Position numbers and translations under genes: made by a program. A model generated the notes under the pieces. The model was not told where the DNA came from. It saw nothing but the letters and a program-made list of their open reading frames with translations, and made no database searches. From a virus (Duplodnaviria; Caudoviricetes), in IMG/VR virus record IMGVR_UViG_3300027021_000012, positions 1 through 31,552 of that record: a DNA stretch of 31,552 bases. One strand, written 5' to 3'. The first letter of the stretch is position 1. Each line of letters begins with the position of its first letter. Of this stretch, positions 26,623 through 31,552 are shown in pieces.

Positions 26623-27752
26623 TGATTGATGATAAGATACTGGATGAAATTATTCCGATTCCTGATCGGGAGGAATATCTGAACACTCTTGAACAAGAGC
26701 TCAAAGATGAAGGGTTTGCCATTACAAACTTTAGCTCAGGCGGTATATTCTACACGCTATTAATGATTCTTATTCAGATTCGTATTGAGCTTGTGAAGCT
26801 TTTGAGGGACGTTGTAAACAATATGTTTGTCTCTCATTCCCAAGATGTATGGATGGAACTGAAAGCAGCCGACTTCTCAAAGAAAAGAAAGCAGCCAACA
26901 AAGACCCAAGGATATGTCACCCTTGAGAGAGATGCCCCGGGGGATGCCGTGAAGATTGCCAAGGGTGATGTCTTCAAGACTGATCAGGATATCAATGGTG
27001 AGGAACTCCGATTCTTAGTTCTTCAGGATACAATTCTTCAGAAGGATTCGCTAAGTCAAACGGTACTCGTTGAAGCTGAGAAGGAAGGTTCAAAGTACAA
27101 TGTTCCTCAAAATCAGATCAAGAAATCACTTACTCACATTGAGGGTGTTGACAGGATATTTAATGCTTCTGATTGGCTCGTTCAGGAAGGCAGTGACATT
27201 GAAGATATTGAGGGATTAAGGACACGGACATTGAACTCTTGGGCAGAGCTCTCAACCTTCCCTATCCGGGATAAGTACAAAAATGTTTGTGAGGCGGTTG
27301 AAGGTGTTCTGTTCGTAAGAGTTGATGACCTTCATCCTAGGGGACAAGGCACGGTTGATATTATTGTGACATCCACAGCAGGCGAAGCGACTCAGAGTTT
27401 GCTTGATAAGGTTGAAGCTGAGGCAAACACAATCAAAGGCCCTTATGATAACTTGCTCGTTAAGTCTTCAGAAACGGTTGCTCAGGATGTTGAAATTGTG
27501 GTTTACATTGACGAGGATACAAGTGACGAAGGCGTTCAGGAAAAAGCTGAAGCAATCATCATTGACCTACTCAAGATATCGAAAGACAGGGAGCTTAACA
27601 AGCTTTACAGGGATGATATTATTTATTATCTCAAAAAAGATATTCAAGTCTACAAGAAGTCAAATATCATTCAGCCTGCTGCTGATGTCATCTTGAGCAA
27701 TGACAAGGTGATTATCCTTGGAACGCTCACAATAACGGTTGAGAGGGTGTAA
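26622..27752 (+). CDS. Baseplate J / Mu gp47 family protein
   Basis: VEAEKEGSKYNV, GSDIEDIEGLRTR, PRGQGTVDIIV. Confidence 0.9.
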   Translation: MIDDKILDEIIPIPDREEYLNTLEQELKDEGFAITNFSSGGIFYTLLMILIQIRIELVKLLRDVVNNMFVSHSQDVWMELKAADFSKKRKQPTKTQGYVTLERDAPGDAVKIAKGDVFKTDQDINGEELRFLVLQDTILQKDSLSQTVLVEAEKEGSKYNVPQNQIKKSLTHIEGVDRIFNASDWLVQEGSDIEDIEGLRTRTLNSWAELSTFPIRDKYKNVCEAVEGVLFVRVDDLHPRGQGTVDIIVTSTAGEATQSLLDKVEAEANTIKGPYDNLLVKSSETVAQDVEIVVYIDEDTSDEGVQEKAEAIIIDLLKISKDRELNKLYRDDIIYYLKKDIQVYKKSNIIQPAADVILSNDKVIILGTLTITVERV

Positions 27753-27756
27753 AGAT

Positions 27757-28464
27757 ATGTTTGATAAATTTCAAGATTATATGTATTACCTTCTTTATGG
27801 GCCACTTAAGAAAGTTACAAAGCTCAAAAATCAGTTTTATTTACTCTTCAAGGTATTTGGTAAGGTATTTGATCAGATGAAACAGGATATCTTCAGAGTC
27901 CGTGAAGAGTCTATGATAATCAGTGCCAGTGAGAAGCTTCTTGAAGAACATGGACGTGACAGAGTGATGCAAAGGCTCAAGGGTGAGAGCGTTGAGAACT
28001 TCAGAACACGGCTTTCAATGAAAAACATTATTGCTGAGAAGGCAGGAACAAAGGAAGGAATGCTCTTGGCTCTCAAAGCTCTTGGATATGATCAATCAAC
28101 TATTGATCCGTTTTATCTCCATGATCCTGAAAGGTGGGCAGAGTTCACAATCTACTTATCATCTAAACAACAAAGTAGCGTGAATGATATCACGATCATT
28201 GATAAGGAGATCATGAAGGTTAAGCCTGCAAGTGGAAAGCCTTCCTATGGAATAGGCTCAGAGAGTCAAGTGTCCATAAAGACTGAAGGAAACTACTACC
28301 CTTTTGATTATCCAATATGCAATGTCTTAATGTGTGGAACATGGCCTGAAGCTCAGACAATGGGAAAAGCGTTTGATTTGCTTCTGAGTGCTGATACAGA
28401 GTTCAAGACGTTTGACATTGAGGATTATCGTAGTAACACATTTTATGCTGAGGAGGAAAATTAA
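27757..28464 (+). CDS. Baseplate wedge protein (Mu gp48 / P2 gpI-like)
   Basis: GESVENFRTRL, AGTKEGM, VKPAS motifs; follows baseplate J. Confidence 0.72.
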   Translation: MFDKFQDYMYYLLYGPLKKVTKLKNQFYLLFKVFGKVFDQMKQDIFRVREESMIISASEKLLEEHGRDRVMQRLKGESVENFRTRLSMKNIIAEKAGTKEGMLLALKALGYDQSTIDPFYLHDPERWAEFTIYLSSKQQSSVNDITIIDKEIMKVKPASGKPSYGIGSESQVSIKTEGNYYPFDYPICNVLMCGTWPEAQTMGKAFDLLLSADTEFKTFDIEDYRSNTFYAEEEN

Positions 28465-28772
28465 TGATAACAACACAAGGGATTGAGGAGATCGCTCAAT
28501 CAATAATAGACAGGGTTGACCATGGCAGTTATGACCTTGAAGGGGTGACCAATACAACAACAATCTACAAGACCTCTATCGAAGGAGATACAGTCATGAT
28601 TTATTTATATCTTGAAGATGGTGTGAGTGGTGACTTGAGCAACTTTAAGCTCATATCAGTAACAGGAAACGACTTTGCAATTAAGCCTGAAATAATCAAT
28701 AAGCCGGATACAAAAGGCTTGCTTGTAAGATTCAAATTCCAAGTAAAGGAGGAAACGCTTTATGTCGTATGA
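28464..28772 (+). CDS. Small tail-fibre-associated protein
   Basis: MITTQG start, overlaps both neighbours; SD GAGGAGG. Confidence 0.6.
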   Translation: MITTQGIEEIAQSIIDRVDHGSYDLEGVTNTTTIYKTSIEGDTVMIYLYLEDGVSGDLSNFKLISVTGNDFAIKPEIINKPDTKGLLVRFKFQVKEETLYVV

Positions 28773-30450
28773 AAAGACTATTTGGGTTGATCACATTGTT
28801 GACCCTGAGACTGGCGAAGTCATTCAGCAAGGGACGAGGTTCACTGAAGCGAGAGCCAATAAGATGGAGCAAGGCATCTTTGACAATGATGCGCGATCAA
28901 TAGGAAATAAGGAAAAGCTTGATAATTCTTTCTATGCTGACCTTGAGGCTTATTATGGGAATACGAAACTTATTGATGATTTTCAGGATGTGAGTGGATA
29001 TGCTGCAGGTGGTTCAGTTCAAAGTGCAGATTTCACTAATGTAAAAGTAGGCAAACAGTCTTTAAGGCTTACTGAAAATGATAATGTACCTGCTTTTTTA
29101 TATACTACAAAATCTTTTGCATTGGACGCTTCAAAGTTGAATAATGGAGAAGAATTTTCTGACGAAGATTATATCGTCGGAGTTGTTTATATAAGTGATA
29201 TAGCAAAGTTTGAAGATTATGTAACTTTTAATCTTTGCTCACAAGAGCCTTATTCGAGTTCAAATTTTGCAGAAGTTAGAGAGTCTGTGTCTAACTTGAA
29301 TACTGGATGGAATTATATAAAAAAGAAGAAATCAGAAGTTAATGTATATGGCGCATCTTTTGATTGGTCAGACATTAAAACAATTAGAGTTACAGCAAGG
29401 TCGGTAACTAATGCACAAGATGCTTATGTTTCGTTCCAGCTCCTACAACTTGTAAAGGCAGACCCATCTGGAACATATCCAAATCCACTTCAACGAAATG
29501 GAATTAGAGAGTTTGACTACCCAGAAAGCGTTGAGCCTGTTGTTATTGAAGAGTTTGGTGAAATTTGTATAAAACCATTAGCGGATGATTACGGAATATC
29601 ACGGAAAATAGTAGGTCAAAAGAAATACACTAACTTTATTGCGTCTCTAGAAACTGAATGCAAATTATATAACCGCTCAGGTTATCTAGCATGGGAAGCA
29701 GATGCGAACAATCGGATATGGCTTGAAACTACATCCGCAGGTGATGCGAGAATAATAGTGCAAGAAAACGGAGTAAACACATTACACGATTTTGAATTTC
29801 CTAATCTTGCAGTTGGGGATAGAGTTAAGTTCATGCTTGAAAAAAATGGAAACACTGTTTTAGGAACATTTACGTTAAGCGGAGGTTATACAAGAACTTT
29901 TTATGCGATAACTAATTTAACACAAGAGGGTAGTTTAGCCGTATATACGAATGCAAACAACCCGAGGTGTTTCTCCGCCTCAATCACCGAGATATCCCAT
30001 GCCCACCATGCAGACATTGCAGAAGTGGCGAAAAGATTGACAGAACAAGCATATGCAAGGATTAAAAATTCAATAAGTCAAAGCATAGCAAATGGAGTAG
30101 TAAGTGGGATAGTCTTTGATACAGTAGAAGATGATAACAGAAATCATTATAATGGAGTAGATGGTATTACTATTCGAGAGCAAGGTATATATTATATAGC
30201 AGCAGGGATAAGAATACAAGCAAATGGTACAGGAGAGAGATATATAGCTTTGAAACATGGTAATACAATTATTAGTTCGCAAAGGGTTGGTGCATCGTCA
30301 CAAGAAATGGTTCTCCAAGTATCTACTGTTTATAGGTGTCTTAAAAATTATGATATAACTGTAGTGGTATATCAATCAGGTGAAACAGCATTAAATGTAA
30401 TAGCAGCAACAGACTATTCACCTTATCTTGCTATTGCTAAAATAGGATGA
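28762..30450 (+). CDS. Tail fibre / receptor-binding protein with tandem beta-sandwich domains and C1q-like C-terminus
   Basis: Anchor YEKTIWVDH...GTRFTEARANKMEQGI; C-terminal IVFDTV...ITIREQGIYYI...ITVVVYQ pattern; position after the baseplate. Confidence 0.8.
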   Translation: MSYEKTIWVDHIVDPETGEVIQQGTRFTEARANKMEQGIFDNDARSIGNKEKLDNSFYADLEAYYGNTKLIDDFQDVSGYAAGGSVQSADFTNVKVGKQSLRLTENDNVPAFLYTTKSFALDASKLNNGEEFSDEDYIVGVVYISDIAKFEDYVTFNLCSQEPYSSSNFAEVRESVSNLNTGWNYIKKKKSEVNVYGASFDWSDIKTIRVTARSVTNAQDAYVSFQLLQLVKADPSGTYPNPLQRNGIREFDYPESVEPVVIEEFGEICIKPLADDYGISRKIVGQKKYTNFIASLETECKLYNRSGYLAWEADANNRIWLETTSAGDARIIVQENGVNTLHDFEFPNLAVGDRVKFMLEKNGNTVLGTFTLSGGYTRTFYAITNLTQEGSLAVYTNANNPRCFSASITEISHAHHADIAEVAKRLTEQAYARIKNSISQSIANGVVSGIVFDTVEDDNRNHYNGVDGITIREQGIYYIAAGIRIQANGTGERYIALKHGNTIISSQRVGASSQEMVLQVSTVYRCLKNYDITVVVYQSGETALNVIAATDYSPYLAIAKIG

Positions 30451-30468
30451 AAAGGAGAGTGATAAAAA

Positions 30469-31137
30469 ATGTTAAAACTAACTTACAGTAAGACTAATAT
30501 TAATATTGGAAAACTTCATAATGAATTGGGGCAGCGGTCAAATCCATATTCATTAACCCATAATGATGTGGAATTCAATCTAATCTTTGCTGATCTAAAA
30601 AAGATTGAAACAGATATTCTTGATGAAGTAGACAACGTCATTGGAACCAATACCACATATCAAAAGCGAACATGCCAAACGGTGACTGAAACAGATGATG
30701 ATGATGGGAATATCATTGAAAAACAAGTGGAAATATGGATTGAATACACCACAGAAGCAGAAGCCTTAATTAGTGGTATTGAACAGGTGATAACAAATCA
30801 TGATCCGCAGGATAAAGAGGCTATAATTGAAACCGCAAGGATTGAGTGTAATAAAAGAATACTCTCAGGATTTGATTCTGATTGTCTAGGCGTTTCTAAA
30901 CACTTCGATTGTGATTATACCGATCAGTCAACAATTCAAGGATTAGTAATCACAGCGATGCTTGGAGTTCAAGGATTAACAACAGAAAAATGTGAATGGA
31001 AAGCATCCGGTGAACTAGAGTGTTATGAATTTACTTATGAACAAATAATTATCCTTGGAACAGATATGAAAACGCATATACAGAATAATATTAATCAGTT
31101 TAATACAGAAAGGATGGAGATTTTAAATGAGCAATAA
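30469..31137 (+). CDS. Tail fibre assembly-like protein (DUF4376-like C-terminus)
   Basis: ECNKRILSGF, HFDCDYTDQSTI, EWKASGELECYEFT; follows the fibre. Confidence 0.68.
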   Translation: MLKLTYSKTNINIGKLHNELGQRSNPYSLTHNDVEFNLIFADLKKIETDILDEVDNVIGTNTTYQKRTCQTVTETDDDDGNIIEKQVEIWIEYTTEAEALISGIEQVITNHDPQDKEAIIETARIECNKRILSGFDSDCLGVSKHFDCDYTDQSTIQGLVITAMLGVQGLTTEKCEWKASGELECYEFTYEQIIILGTDMKTHIQNNINQFNTERMEILNEQ

Positions 31138-31552
31138 AATAATGTATACAATACTATATGTAATAATGGGCGCAATCTATTATCTAATAGAATTAGCTTT
31201 TAGAGGGTATTCACATTGGACTATGTTTTTATTAGGAGGATTGTGTGGAGTACTTATTGGAATGTTAAATGAAAATAAATTCACATGGGATACCTCAATT
31301 GCTAAAATGGTTATATATGCAGAAATGATAATCTTGCCATTAGAATTTATAACGGGAGTTATACTGCACAAGATATTGAAAATTCATCCTCCTATTTGGG
31401 ATTATTCAGATTTACCATTTAATATCTGGGGACAGTCTAGTTTGATTTTTGCAATAATATTTATTCCAATCATAATTCTAGCAATTATAATAGATGATTA
31501 TATACGGTTTATAATATTTAATGGGAAAAAGCCGAAGTACAGAATTATATAA
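31127..31552 (+). CDS. Multi-pass membrane protein, ABC_trans_CmpB-like family
   Basis: YYLIELAFRGYSHWTMFLLGG, LEFITGVIL, IWDYSDLPFNIWGQ. Confidence 0.78.
   Translation: MSNKIMYTILYVIMGAIYYLIELAFRGYSHWTMFLLGGLCGVLIGMLNENKFTWDTSIAKMVIYAEMIILPLEFITGVILHKILKIHPPIWDYSDLPFNIWGQSSLIFAIIFIPIIILAIIIDDYIRFIIFNGKKPKYRII

Larger units (their letters stand above)
1..31552. mobile_element. Mu-like transposable prophage (contractile tail); ends lie outside the window
   Basis: MuA/MuB pair, Gam, GemA, Mor-family activator, then gp27-gp28-gp29-gp30-I/Z-T-gp36 and sheath-tube-TMP-baseplate genes in Mu-like order. Confidence 0.96.

Noticed and set aside
872-31371. Many short overlapping ORFs in the track (e.g. 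872-1114, 2298-2771, 6206-6658, 12163-12462, 17640-18011, 27403-27696)
   Set aside because: Nested in or antisense to well-supported phage genes, with no recognisable motifs
28762-31552. Diversity-generating retroelement or Gin-type invertible segment
   Set aside because: No reverse transcriptase, template/variable repeat pair, invertase or reversed fibre copy seen; sequence beyond the window cannot be judged
1-31552. Mu ends (TG...CA with transposase-binding repeats) and target duplication
   Set aside because: The window starts and ends exactly at stop codons, so the ends are not included

Overview
The whole window is the body of a Mu-like transposable prophage with a contractile (myovirus-type) tail. 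Low GC, strong AGGAGG ribosome-binding sites, sigma-A-type promoters and the lack of recognisable spanins point to a Bacillota (probably clostridial) host. Gene order: leftward XRE repressor; a divergent consensus promoter with operators; an accessory block of small genes (two reversed); Ner/Cro-like HTH; MuA DDE transposase; MuB AAA+ ATPase; Gam; GemA; a two-domain endolysin; a Mor-family activator; holin-like genes; terminase, portal, MuF, protease/scaffold, capsid; neck, sheath, tube, frameshifted tail chaperone; a reversed membrane gene; tape measure; baseplate; a three-domain receptor-binding fibre; a fibre assembly protein and a CmpB-like membrane protein. The transposon ends are not in the window. 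I found no CRISPR, DGR, invertase or recognisable defence system. The most interesting signals are non-coding: phased repeats at the position of Mu's gyrase site, phased repeats in the early leader, a terminator that appears to contain the late promoter, three reversed genes sharing one promoter layout, a zinc-ribbon gene bracketed by an inverted repeat, and an apparent one-base gene fusion. All family assignments come from motif recognition and synteny, not database searches.
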